Assembly (NCBI GenBank): GCA_035283305.1
Contig: DATEUE010000213.1
Span: 1 to 37,675, forward strand
Direction: 5' to 3'
DNA from: Vicinamibacteria bacterium
GTDB taxonomy: Bacteria > Acidobacteriota > Vicinamibacteria > Fen-336
DNA: 37,675 nucleotides
The translations under genes were made by a program, and so were the position numbers. This document shows, piece by piece, positions 13,749 through 22,400 of this stretch. The notes under the pieces were generated by a model, which searched no databases, was not told where the DNA came from, and saw only the letters and a list, made by a program, of their open reading frames with translations. How positions within the stretch are numbered: position 1 is the first letter of the stretch; each line of letters opens with the position of its first letter.

Positions 13749-15991
13749 CGGTCGTCGCCCTTCGGGAGGGCCGGCCCGCCCTCCATGGCATCGGCCGGGT
13801 AGAGCCGCTCGAACTCGGGGTCGCCGTGCAGGAGCGCCAGGTCGGGATCGCGCCGCGCCCAGCTCGGGTCCTTGGAGCCCGCTTCCCAGGCCTTGCGCAG
13901 CACGCTGAGCGCCTCGGCCTTGCGTTCCAGCTGGCAGAAGACACAGGCAGCGTTGTAGAGCACGGTGGCCTCGTTCGGGCGTAGCGTGATCGAGAGGTTC
14001 GCCTCGCGCACGGCCTCGTCGACGCGGCCCATCGCGGCATAGTCACCGGCCAGCACGCTTCGGGCGCGGGCGTCTTCCGGCACGGTCTTCAGGTGGTTCT
14101 CGAGCGCGAGCACCTCGCGCTGCCGCATGTTCTCGAGAGCGTCCTTCTTGCCGAGCGCTCCGAGCGCGTTGGTGATCGGCACGAAGACGTTGTAGTCCGT
14201 GCCGCTCGCCTCGAGCGCCGCGTCGGCCACCGCCGCCACGTCGTGGTATCGCCCTGCCGCGAAGAGCGCCCTGAGCATCAGGTAGTAGGCGCCTTCGGTG
14301 TCGCGCTTCCGCTCGACCGCCTCCTGCGCCACGTGGGCGGCCTCCTCGTACTGGGCCTGCGTGTACAGGATCCAGGCCTGGGCGATCTTGACCTCGGGCA
14401 GGTGGGGCTGGAGTGCTATCGCCTTGCGCGAGGCGTCGCGCGAGCGGTCGAGCCAGACCTTCTGGCGCTCGTAGTTGTAGTGGTACTGGGCGCACACGTT
14501 CGAGATCGCCGCGTAGGCGAGCGCGAACTCGTGGTCGAGCGAGACCGCGTTCTCGAACATCTGCAGCGCGAACTCGAGGTCCTGGCGGGTGTGGCGCCGC
14601 GCGTAGCTGCGGCCGCGCAGATAGAGATCGTAGGCCTGCAGGTTGGCGGTCGGCTTCGCCGCGATCGCCTCCTGCTCCTGGGGCGAGAGTGTCACGCGCA
14701 GCGCCTCGGCGATCTTGCGGGCGATCTCGTCCTGCACCGCGAACACGTCGGCCATCTCGCGGTCGTAGCGCTCGGACCAGAGCAGCGAGTCCGACGAAGC
14801 GTCCACCAGCTGGGCGGTGATGCGGAGACGGCTGCCCCCGCGACGGATGCTGCCGGCCAGCACGGAAGCGGCCTTCAGCTGCTGGCCGACCTGCGCAGTC
14901 GCCACCGGCTTGTCGCGGAACGGAAGCACCGCCTGGCGCGACAGCACCTTGAGGCCCTTGATCTTGGAGAGCTCCGTGATGATGTCCTCGGTCACTCCGT
15001 CGCGCAGGTACTCGTCCTCTTTCACCCCGGAGAGGTTCTCGAAGTAGAGCACGGCCACCGACCGCTCGGCGGCCTTCTGGGCGCCGCTGCGCGAGTCGGA
15101 AGTCTCGGCCGCGCGCCGGCCGCCGGAGTCGGTGTCGCGCTTCAGGCGCAAGAGGTCGGTCTTCAGCTCCGTGGCCGTCTGGCAGCGCAGGTTGCGGTCC
15201 TTCTCGAGCGCCTTCGACAGGATGCGTCCGAGCTCCGCGGGCAGCGCGGCGTTGAGCTGGCTGATCGGCTGCGGCTCGCGGTTCAGGATCGCCTCGAACA
15301 CGACGGCCGAGGTTTCGCCCTGGAACGGCAGGACACCCGTCGCCATCTGGTACAGCACCGTCCCGAGCGAGAAGAGGTCCGTCCGCGCGTCCGTCAGCTG
15401 CCCGCGCGCCTGCTCCGGCGACATGTACGATACCGTCCCCAAGGTGGTGCCCGCGCTCGTCAGCTCCTGCGGCTGCACGGCCGTCGGGGCCTCGGAGTGC
15501 TCGCTGCCGGCAGGTCGGGCCCGCTCGATCTTCGCAAGGCCGAAGTCCAGGATCTTCGCCTGCGCGCGCGGTGTCACGAAGATGTTGGCGGGCTTCAGGT
15601 CCCGGTGCACGATCCCCTTCGCGTGCGCCGACTCGAGCGCGTCCGCGATCTGGATCCCGAGCTCCAGCAAAGGCGCAAGCTCGATCGCTCCCCGCCGGAT
15701 CCGCTCGGCGAGCGTCTCACCCTCGAGCAGCTCCATCGCGATGAAGTGCTGGCCTTCGTGCTGGTCGATCGCGTGGACCGTGCAGATGCCTGGGTGGTTG
15801 AGCGCCGAGGCCGCACGCGCCTCGCGCTGGAAGCGCTGGAGCGCGTCCGCGTCCTGGGCCATCTCCACGGGCAGGAACTTGAGCGCGACGTGCCGGCCGA
15901 GCTTGGTGTCCTCGGCCTCGTACACCACCCCCATCCCGCCGCTGCCGAGCTTGGCCGTCACCCGGTAGTGCGCGACGGACTCGCCGATCAT
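13745..15991 (-). CDS. Ser/Thr protein kinase / TolB_N-like / TPR (array copy 4)
   Basis: 748 aa with the same architecture. It starts 11 nt downstream of the dehydrogenase stop. Confidence 0.9.
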   Translation of the reverse strand: MIGESVAHYRVTAKLGSGGMGVVYEAEDTKLGRHVALKFLPVEMAQDADALQRFQREARAASALNHPGICTVHAIDQHEGQHFIAMELLEGETLAERIRRGAIELAPLLELGIQIADALESAHAKGIVHRDLKPANIFVTPRAQAKILDFGLAKIERARPAGSEHSEAPTAVQPQELTSAGTTLGTVSYMSPEQARGQLTDARTDLFSLGTVLYQMATGVLPFQGETSAVVFEAILNREPQPISQLNAALPAELGRILSKALEKDRNLRCQTATELKTDLLRLKRDTDSGGRRAAETSDSRSGAQKAAERSVAVLYFENLSGVKEDEYLRDGVTEDIITELSKIKGLKVLSRQAVLPFRDKPVATAQVGQQLKAASVLAGSIRRGGSRLRITAQLVDASSDSLLWSERYDREMADVFAVQDEIARKIAEALRVTLSPQEQEAIAAKPTANLQAYDLYLRGRSYARRHTRQDLEFALQMFENAVSLDHEFALAYAAISNVCAQYHYNYERQKVWLDRSRDASRKAIALQPHLPEVKIAQAWILYTQAQYEEAAHVAQEAVERKRDTEGAYYLMLRALFAAGRYHDVAAVADAALEASGTDYNVFVPITNALGALGKKDALENMRQREVLALENHLKTVPEDARARSVLAGDYAAMGRVDEAVREANLSITLRPNEATVLYNAACVFCQLERKAEALSVLRKAWEAGSKDPSWARRDPDLALLHGDPEFERLYPADAMEGGPALPKGDDR

Positions 15992-16002
15992 CGACCGCTC
16001 GC

Positions 16003-17118
16003 TCAGAACGCCTCCTTGTTGACGACGAACGGCATCTGCTTCGGGTCGCCGCCGTAACGGCCCTCGAGCACGTCGATCGTACCCTGCACGCAGCGGCCGG
16101 CCATGCCGATGTCCGGGTCGGGAGACAGCCGCGTGGCACGGGCCGCCGAGGCCGCGTGCGGGAACAGCCGCAGCGTGGGCACGAGGGTCGCATCCCGCAG
16201 CGGGCTGTCATCGGGTAACGGCTCAGTTTCGAACACGTCGAGCGCCGCGCCTGCGATCCAGCCCTCGCGGAGCGCCCGCACCAGCGCCTGCTCGTCCACC
16301 ACCGGCCCACGAGAGGTGTTCACCAGGTAGGCGGTCTTCTTCATCATCTTCAGCCGCGCTTCGTCGATCAGATGATAGGTCGGCTCCTTCGCCGCACCCG
16401 GCATGGTGAGCGGCACATGCAGCGAGACGAAGTCGGCACGCCGCAGAGCGTCCTCCAGGGACACGGCCTCGATCGTCTGCTGCCGCGACGCGAGCCCCTC
16501 GCGGTGACGCAGGTCCATGACGGCCCGAACGCTCGCCACGAACCCCGAGAGCGCGGCCGAGCCGCGACTGCTGTGGCACAGCACGTCCATGTCGAAGCCG
16601 ACTGCCTTTGCGACCATGCTCTTGCCGATGCGCCCCATGCCCACGACCGCGAGCGTGCGGCCGGTCGCCTCGTCGCCGAGCCACGGCAGGTAGGGGTGCC
16701 AGGTCGTCCACTGCCGCTCGCGGACCTGCAGCTCGGCCGGATACAGGCGGCGCGCCACGGCCCCGAGCATGAAGAAGGCGTACTCCGCGGTCGCGTCGGT
16801 CAGCACGTCGGGCGTGTGGGTGAAGGGGATCTTGTGGCGATTGGCGGCGGCCCGGTCGATGTTGTCGACCCCGACCGCGATCTGGGAGACGACCTTGAGC
16901 CCCGACGCCTTCCCGGCCGCGAGCAGCTCCTCGTCGACTGTGTCGCGCAGCGTCGTGATCAGCGCCTGGATCCCCGCGCGCAGCTTCTCGATCACGAGCG
17001 CCTTCGGAGGCGGCTGGACCTCCGGGTAGACCTCGACGGCGTAGCCCCGCTCGCGTAAACGGTCGAGCGCGGCCTGGCCGATGTCACAGGTGGCGTAGAC
17101 GCGGACAGGCTCGAGCAT
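16003..17118 (-). CDS. D-isomer-specific 2-hydroxyacid dehydrogenase (glyoxylate/hydroxypyruvate reductase-like)
   Basis: NAD-binding [12 protein letters not shown]. Catalytic Arg/Glu/His context: [33 protein letters not shown] prefer the start at ATG 17116-17118 ([12 protein letters not shown]...). The track start at 17166 adds 16 low-GC3 codons and remains possible. Confidence 0.85.
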   Translation of the reverse strand: MLEPVRVYATCDIGQAALDRLRERGYAVEVYPEVQPPPKALVIEKLRAGIQALITTLRDTVDEELLAAGKASGLKVVSQIAVGVDNIDRAAANRHKIPFTHTPDVLTDATAEYAFFMLGAVARRLYPAELQVRERQWTTWHPYLPWLGDEATGRTLAVVGMGRIGKSMVAKAVGFDMDVLCHSSRGSAALSGFVASVRAVMDLRHREGLASRQQTIEAVSLEDALRRADFVSLHVPLTMPGAAKEPTYHLIDEARLKMMKKTAYLVNTSRGPVVDEQALVRALREGWIAGAALDVFETEPLPDDSPLRDATLVPTLRLFPHAASAARATRLSPDPDIGMAGRCVQGTIDVLEGRYGGDPKQMPFVVNKEAF

Positions 17119-17205
17119 GTGAGGCGCGAAGGGTACCTGGCTAGCGAGGGACGCAGAGAATACCATCCCGCCGAGGACGCTGGGACGCTGGCGCGCCGTC
17201 GACTG

Positions 17206-17331
17206 CTATCTCTTCGCCGCTTTCCCGAAATGCATGGGAGTTCCGATCAGGTCCTTTTTCTTGGCGATCTTCTTCTTGGCGATCTTCTTCTTGGCGGTCT
17301 TCCTCTTGGCGGTCTTCCTCTTGGCAGCCAT
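17206..17331 (-). CDS. 41-aa lysine-rich micro-protein (candidate substrate peptide or small basic protein)
   Basis: Absent from the track (under 60 aa). ATG at 17329-17331 is preceded by GGAGGAG and a 4-nt spacer. Sequence: MAAKRKTAKRKTAKKKIAKKKIAKKKDLIGTPMHFGKAAKR, with stop TAG at 17206-17208. 34 of 41 codons end in G/C, and 23 of 24 do in the repeat part. In the competing track frame (17141..17536, EEDRQ repeats) only 3 of every 5 repeat codons end in G/C. Confidence 0.65.
   Translation of the reverse strand: MAAKRKTAKRKTAKKKIAKKKIAKKKDLIGTPMHFGKAAKR
17254..17325 (-). repeat. 15-nt tandem coding repeats (pentapeptide AKRKT x2, AKKKI x2, AKKK)
   Basis: The minus strand reads GCCAAGAGGAAGACC GCCAAGAGGAAGACC GCCAAGAAGAAGATC GCCAAGAAGAAGATC GCCAAGAAAAAG. 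The units are contiguous with no spacers. Confidence 0.9.
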
Positions 17332-17335
17332 CAGG

Positions 17336-17342
17336 CTCCTCC
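17336..17342 (-). promoter_or_regulatory. Shine-Dalgarno GGAGGAG for the micro-ORF, 1 nt after the radical SAM stop
   Basis: The minus strand reads TGA A GGAGGAG CCTG ATG. Confidence 0.6.
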
Positions 17343-17343
17343 T

Positions 17344-19485
17344 TCAGTGGCCCGAAACCAGCGGAGTTCGGCGGATCAACACGTCTCCCTGAGGTGCGAT
17401 CGAGAAATGCGACGGGGTCAGCCTGGGTACACGCCCGCGGCAGGCTGAAGGACGCCGGCACGTACCTCCACGCGCGCGAAGCGCGCGAGCCGCCCGCCGG
17501 ATTGGCCTGACAGGATCGCCGGCGGACACGATCCATCCCTCCGAAACCCTCCTCCCGACCGCGCGCACGAGCCGGAAGAGGCGGTCCACCGCCGGCGCCG
17601 GAGGCGAGTAGCCGCCCAGGGGAACCGCCAGCGCGAGGTAGCGGGGCCCGTCGCGAAGGAGCAGGCCGGCGTCCACCAACGGCCCGAGCCGCTGCTCGAT
17701 CTCATCCTGTGACAGCGGCACTTCTGGAACGCGCTCGAGGCAGTCGGCAAGACGGCGAAGGTCACTGGCACGATCACAGGCTTGATAGAGAAGTCGGTCG
17801 ACACCGGCGAGCACCGTGAGGAGCGCGTGTCGCCCGGGTCTCATGTCCCACACCAGGAGGCGCTTTCCGAGATCGACGGAGAAGAGGTCGTGCTGCCCCT
17901 CCCGCTTCTGCCAGGCTCGCAGCTCGTGCTCGAGCGGTGCGACGTATCCTCTCACGTCGCGCCGGTCGCGATAGCGGAAAGTGAAGAAGTGCGCCAGGTT
18001 GGCGAGCGCTTCGTCGGGAAGCGGGTAGACGTATCGGTAAGAGGGTATCGGCCCGACCTGCTCGAAGCCGAGCTGCTCGGCATCGTCGAAGTTCGGACTG
18101 AAGCGGTCGAGCCGGATGATCCCGTAGTCCTCGGGCGCGGGGAGGTGGGCCAGCAACGGAATCAGCCTGGCCATCCGGCGGTACTCCTCCGCCGGCTCTC
18201 CCGGAAACCCCCAGATGAGGTTCCACGAGGGCTCGACGCCCAGCTCCTTGCACCACTTCAGGAGCTGCACGTTCTGCAGCGCGCTCACGCCCTTGCGCAT
18301 CAACCTCAGGATCGGGTCGCTCAGGCTCTCGATGCCGGGCTGGATTCTCCGGATGCGCGCGTCCCGTAGCATCCTCACCTGCTCCTTGCTGAGGTTGGAC
18401 TTGACCTCGTAGTACAAGGAGGGCCCGCGCCGCAGGGCAGCCAGTTCCGGGATGAAGTCCTTGAAATAGCCCATGTCCAGGATGGAGTCGGTCGCTCCCA
18501 TGTTGCAGCCCGGGTGACGCTTGGCGAGATGGTGTAGCTCGTCGAGCGCCCGCCGCGGGGACTTGCTGCGATACGCCATCGTCTCGCCGTTCAGGCCGCA
18601 GAAAGTACAGTGTCTCCGCTCGCCCCACCAGCAGCCCCGCGAGGTCTCGAAGAAGAGGCTCGGCGTCCACTCGTGTGCGAAGCGACTCGCCTCGAACTGC
18701 TCGAAGTAATCGCCGTAGTCGGGGTAGGGCAGCGCGTCGAGGTCCTGCACCATCGGCCCCGGGGCGAAGCGACCGCTCGCGAACTCGGCCTCGATGCCCT
18801 GCCGCGTCCGGACGCCGGCAAGGCCGCAGATCGACTTCCCGTCGAGCAGGCGCCGCGCCAGCTCGGGAAAGACGATGTCGCCTTCTCCAGCCACGACGGC
18901 ATCCACGAACGGGAACTGGCGGACCGTCTCCGCCCCCATCACGCCTTCGCAGTTCGCGCCGCCAAAAACGACCGGGAGCTCGGGAGCGGCCTGCTTGACG
19001 AGCCGCGCCAGTGCCAGCGAAGCCACGTGCTGCTGGAACGTGCTGGTGAAGCCCACGACGCGGGGGCGGGCGCGGAGGATCTCCTCCCGGCACCACTCGA
19101 GGAACCCGTCCACCTGCTCGCGCGCGAGCAGCACACGCCGGATGAGGGCGGGGGATGCCGGCCCTGTCGCGTCGTTGGTGGTCCAGGTCGCGCGCTTCCG
19201 GAGGATCTGATCGACGTACTCCTCGTCGCGGGCCCGGGGTCCAAAGAGCGCGTGCGAGAAGATCCACTCGCCGGCGAGATCCTCGATCGAGGGCCTGCCT
19301 TCGACGGACAGCCAACGGTAGAAGCGCTGCCCCGTGAGCTCCGCGAATCGGATCGAGAAGTAGCGAATCCGCGAGGGTATTCCCTGCGCCTGGAGCGCCG
19401 CCTTGAGCAGGCTCAAGCCGATCGAGGGACAGAATGCGTGGGCGAACGGCATGCACACGAGAAGGACCTCGGCGTCTTTGCTCAA
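17344..19485 (-). CDS. B12-binding-domain radical SAM enzyme, RiPP-maturase-like (resembles TIGR03975-type C-methyltransferases)
   Basis: The N-terminus LLVCMPFAHAFCPSIGLSLLKAAL and the segment VVGFTSTFQQHVASLALARLV..VVFGGANCEG look like a B12-binding domain. The Fe-S motif is ETSRGCWWGERRHCTFCGLNG. A radical SAM core follows (IQPGIESLSD, NLIWGFPGE). The C-terminal helix-rich region looks like a winged-helix/RRE. The TTG start overlaps the kinase stop (TTGA). Family assignment is from memory, not a search. Confidence 0.8.
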   Translation of the reverse strand: MSKDAEVLLVCMPFAHAFCPSIGLSLLKAALQAQGIPSRIRYFSIRFAELTGQRFYRWLSVEGRPSIEDLAGEWIFSHALFGPRARDEEYVDQILRKRATWTTNDATGPASPALIRRVLLAREQVDGFLEWCREEILRARPRVVGFTSTFQQHVASLALARLVKQAAPELPVVFGGANCEGVMGAETVRQFPFVDAVVAGEGDIVFPELARRLLDGKSICGLAGVRTRQGIEAEFASGRFAPGPMVQDLDALPYPDYGDYFEQFEASRFAHEWTPSLFFETSRGCWWGERRHCTFCGLNGETMAYRSKSPRRALDELHHLAKRHPGCNMGATDSILDMGYFKDFIPELAALRRGPSLYYEVKSNLSKEQVRMLRDARIRRIQPGIESLSDPILRLMRKGVSALQNVQLLKWCKELGVEPSWNLIWGFPGEPAEEYRRMARLIPLLAHLPAPEDYGIIRLDRFSPNFDDAEQLGFEQVGPIPSYRYVYPLPDEALANLAHFFTFRYRDRRDVRGYVAPLEHELRAWQKREGQHDLFSVDLGKRLLVWDMRPGRHALLTVLAGVDRLLYQACDRASDLRRLADCLERVPEVPLSQDEIEQRLGPLVDAGLLLRDGPRYLALAVPLGGYSPPAPAVDRLFRLVRAVGRRVSEGWIVSAGDPVRPIRRAARALRARGGTCRRPSACRGRVPRLTPSHFSIAPQGDVLIRRTPLVSGH

Positions 19486-22400
19486 GACGCGCCGCCCGCC
19501 TTCGCCGGACGGCTCCGTAGCAGCGCCCTGGCCTTGCGCGCCACCTGCCCGAAGCCCCGGGCCTGCGCGTCCTGCTCGAGGGCGACGAGCTCCGCTTCCG
19601 AGGCGCCACCGCCCGATGCCAGCTCGACCTCACAGCGGGCGAGCCGGAGCTCGAGCTGCAGGCCGAGCAGGCGAAGCCTGACCGCTTCCGCAAGCGCGGC
19701 TGCGATCCTGCGACGGGCCTCTTCGGACCGTCCGGTCCCGGCCTGGACGCGTGCCAGGTCCGCGGTCACCGCGAGCCGAACCTGCGGGCTCTGGCTTCGC
19801 ACGACGAGGACTGCCGACCGCTCGGCCGGCTGGAGCGCATCGCCTGGTTGATTGCAGGCCAGAAGGGCCCGGGCGTGGGCCGCCTGGGCGGAGGCCTCCC
19901 AGTCCTCCGCCTTCTGGGCGGCGAAGACCCGCGCCGCCGACCGCAAGCGCGGCTCCGCGGCTTGCGGTCGGCCTTCCTCGATCGATAGTCGGGCGAGTGC
20001 CACCTGGCTCTTCGCGACGGCGAACGCCGCTCGCAGCTCCGTCCGGATCGTCAGTGCCGCCTCGTGGCCTTCCCTGGACGCGGCGTGGTCGCCCTTGGCC
20101 TTGAGCAGCTCGGCGAGGTTGAAGAGAGTGTCCGCCACGGAGTCACGCGTGCCCCGCTCCTGCAGGGTGGGCAGGATCTCCCGGTAGCGCGCTTCGGCCG
20201 CCGGGAGGTCCCCTTCTTCGTGCGAGATCCTGGCGAGCCGCATCAGCGCCAGGGCCGCCTCGGTCCTGTCGCCGATGTCGCGAGCGAGGAAGAGCGCCTG
20301 CTCGGCCGCGGTCTTCGCGCCGGTAAGATCGCCCAGGTCGTCCAGCAGTCCGGCGATGTCCTCGAGAGCGATGGCGCGTCCGGGCCGGTCGCCCAGCTCG
20401 CGGTTGATGGCGTGGCCGTCCTCCATGCTGCCCCGTGCGCCGCCCAGGTCGCCCTGCTCCCAGAGAACGAGGCCGATGTTGTGGAGCGAGGCTGCGACAC
20501 CGGAGCGATACCCGATCTGTCGCCGGACCCGCAGGCACTCCTCCCAGGTCGTCCTCGCCGTCTCGAGGTCGCCGTGATACCAGGAGAGGCTGCCGATGAT
20601 GTTCAGTGCCCCGGCCAGTCCTCCCCGGTCACCCGCCTCGGCGAAGATCTGCCGCGCTGCCTCGCCCGCCACTGCGGCCTTCGGCGGCTCCCCCAACCGG
20701 TCGAGGGCGTACGCCTCGCGCAGCCGGGCCCGGGCGACCAGGAGCCGCGCGCCCTGGGCGACTCCCTTGGCCACGGCGCGGCTGGCAGCCGCCTGTTGCA
20801 GCCTGAAGTCTCCGAGAGACTGGGCCACCGCGGCTTCGGTCAGGTCGATGCGCGGATCCTCGGGCGCGGGAGGCGGGAGGCGGCGCAGCTTCGCCAGCGT
20901 GGCCAGCGCGTCCTGTGCCTTGCCTCCAGTGCTCTGCGCTGCCGCGAGCCGAAGGCCGTACTCCACGTTGTCGGGGAAGAATGTGAGGAGCGCACCGTAG
21001 ATCTCGATCGCCTTGTCCCACTCGCCAGCGGTCTCGCGGTAGCGCCCTTCGACGGACAGGCGTTGCTCGCGGGAAAGACGGTCCGACAGGTCGAACGCCT
21101 TGCGGGCCTCCGCTCTGGCGTTGGCGTCGTACCCGAGCGTGGCCCAGGCGTCGGCGAGCCCGAAGTGGGCCATCGGGGACCGGGGATCGGCGGCTGTGGC
21201 CTTCTCCAGGAGGTCGCGGGCGGCCAGGGCATCGAAGACCCGCAGCGCCACTACGTTCGAGGGCGTGCCGTCGAGCCCACCGACCTCGGTGGCGGGTGGC
21301 GGATCCACGCCCAGCGATTGCCGCAGCCGAGCGCCCGTCCGCATCAGCAGATCGACGAGCCCGCCTTCGGTGCCGCTCTCCGCGAGCGCGGCCAGCGTCT
21401 CGCCGGTAGCCACGTCCTGCAGCCGCAGGTCGAGGCGGATCTGATCGCCGGGCAAGGCCACGTACGAGCCGAGCAGCACCATGGTCGTTCCGAGGTTCCG
21501 GCCGACCTTGGCGAGCGTGTCCGGGGCCAGGCTCTCCGCGTCCGAAAGCGACAGCTCCAGCTTCATGCGGCCGACATTCTCGCCGGGGATCGTGCGCAGT
21601 CGGCCGCCCGCGGCCAGCTCGGTGGTCAGCATCTCGGCGAACGCGCTGGAGAGCCAGGCCGCGTCGCTCCGGCCTGTGAGGTTCTTGAATCCGAGCACGG
21701 CCACGGACGGGCGCGCCTTCGTGACCTGGGCCGCTGCGGTGGGCGTGGGGCCGGCGTCCGTCCGCGAAAGACGCGGGATCACGGCGCGCGCAAGGCCCAG
21801 CGCGCCGGCCAGCGCCACCAGCGAGGCCATCACGAGTCTCCGCGAGGGTCGCCAGCGAGGGGGACTGCTCGAGGCGGCCGCCTGGCGCGGAGCCGCGGAG
21901 ATCTCGTCGAGGTGCTCCAGCACGCCGGCCAGGTCGCGAGCCAGGTCGCGGGTCGAGGCGTAGCGGCCGGCAGGATCCTTGGCGAGGCACCGCTCGACGA
22001 TCCACCGGAGTGGCGGGGGAACGGCCGGATTGAGCTGCGCGATCGGCTCCGGCTCGTCCTCGATGATCGCGGCCAGCGTCTGGGCGGACGAGGCACGTCG
22101 AAAGGCAGGCCGCCCGGTCGCCATCTCGTACAGGATCGACCCGCACGAGAACTGGTCCGAGCGGAAGTCGATCCGCTCGCCCCTGGCCTGCTCGGGGGAC
22201 ATGTAGCCGACGGTGCCCAGGATGCGGCCCGGCTCGGTCCCGGGAGGACCGCCGGATGCCGTGCGGCCATCGTCGGCCAGCGGCGTCAGCTTGGCGAGGC
22301 CGAAGTCGAGGAGCTTCACGCGTCCGTCCGGGGTGATCATGATGTTCTCGGGCTTCAGGTCGCGGTGGACGATGCCCTCGGCGTGGGCCTGGGCCAGCCC

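Noticed and set aside
17254-17325. Possible CRISPR or other non-coding repeat array
   Set aside because: The units are only 15 nt, contiguous without spacers and in phase with a codon-biased reading frame. They are coding pentapeptide repeats.
17119-17448. Plus-strand ORF with GDLLLGDLLLGGLPLGGLPL repeats
   Set aside because: It is antisense to the micro-ORF repeats. The codons end mostly in T, which is incompatible with the codon usage of every confident gene in the window.
17141-17536. 131-aa ORF with QEEDRQEEDRQEEDRQEEDR repeats
   Set aside because: It covers the same DNA repeats as the Lys-rich micro-ORF but in a frame where only 3 of every 5 repeat codons end in G/C, against 23 of 24 in the Lys frame. 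It overlaps the radical SAM 3' end, and the rest of its sequence is Arg/Pro junk.
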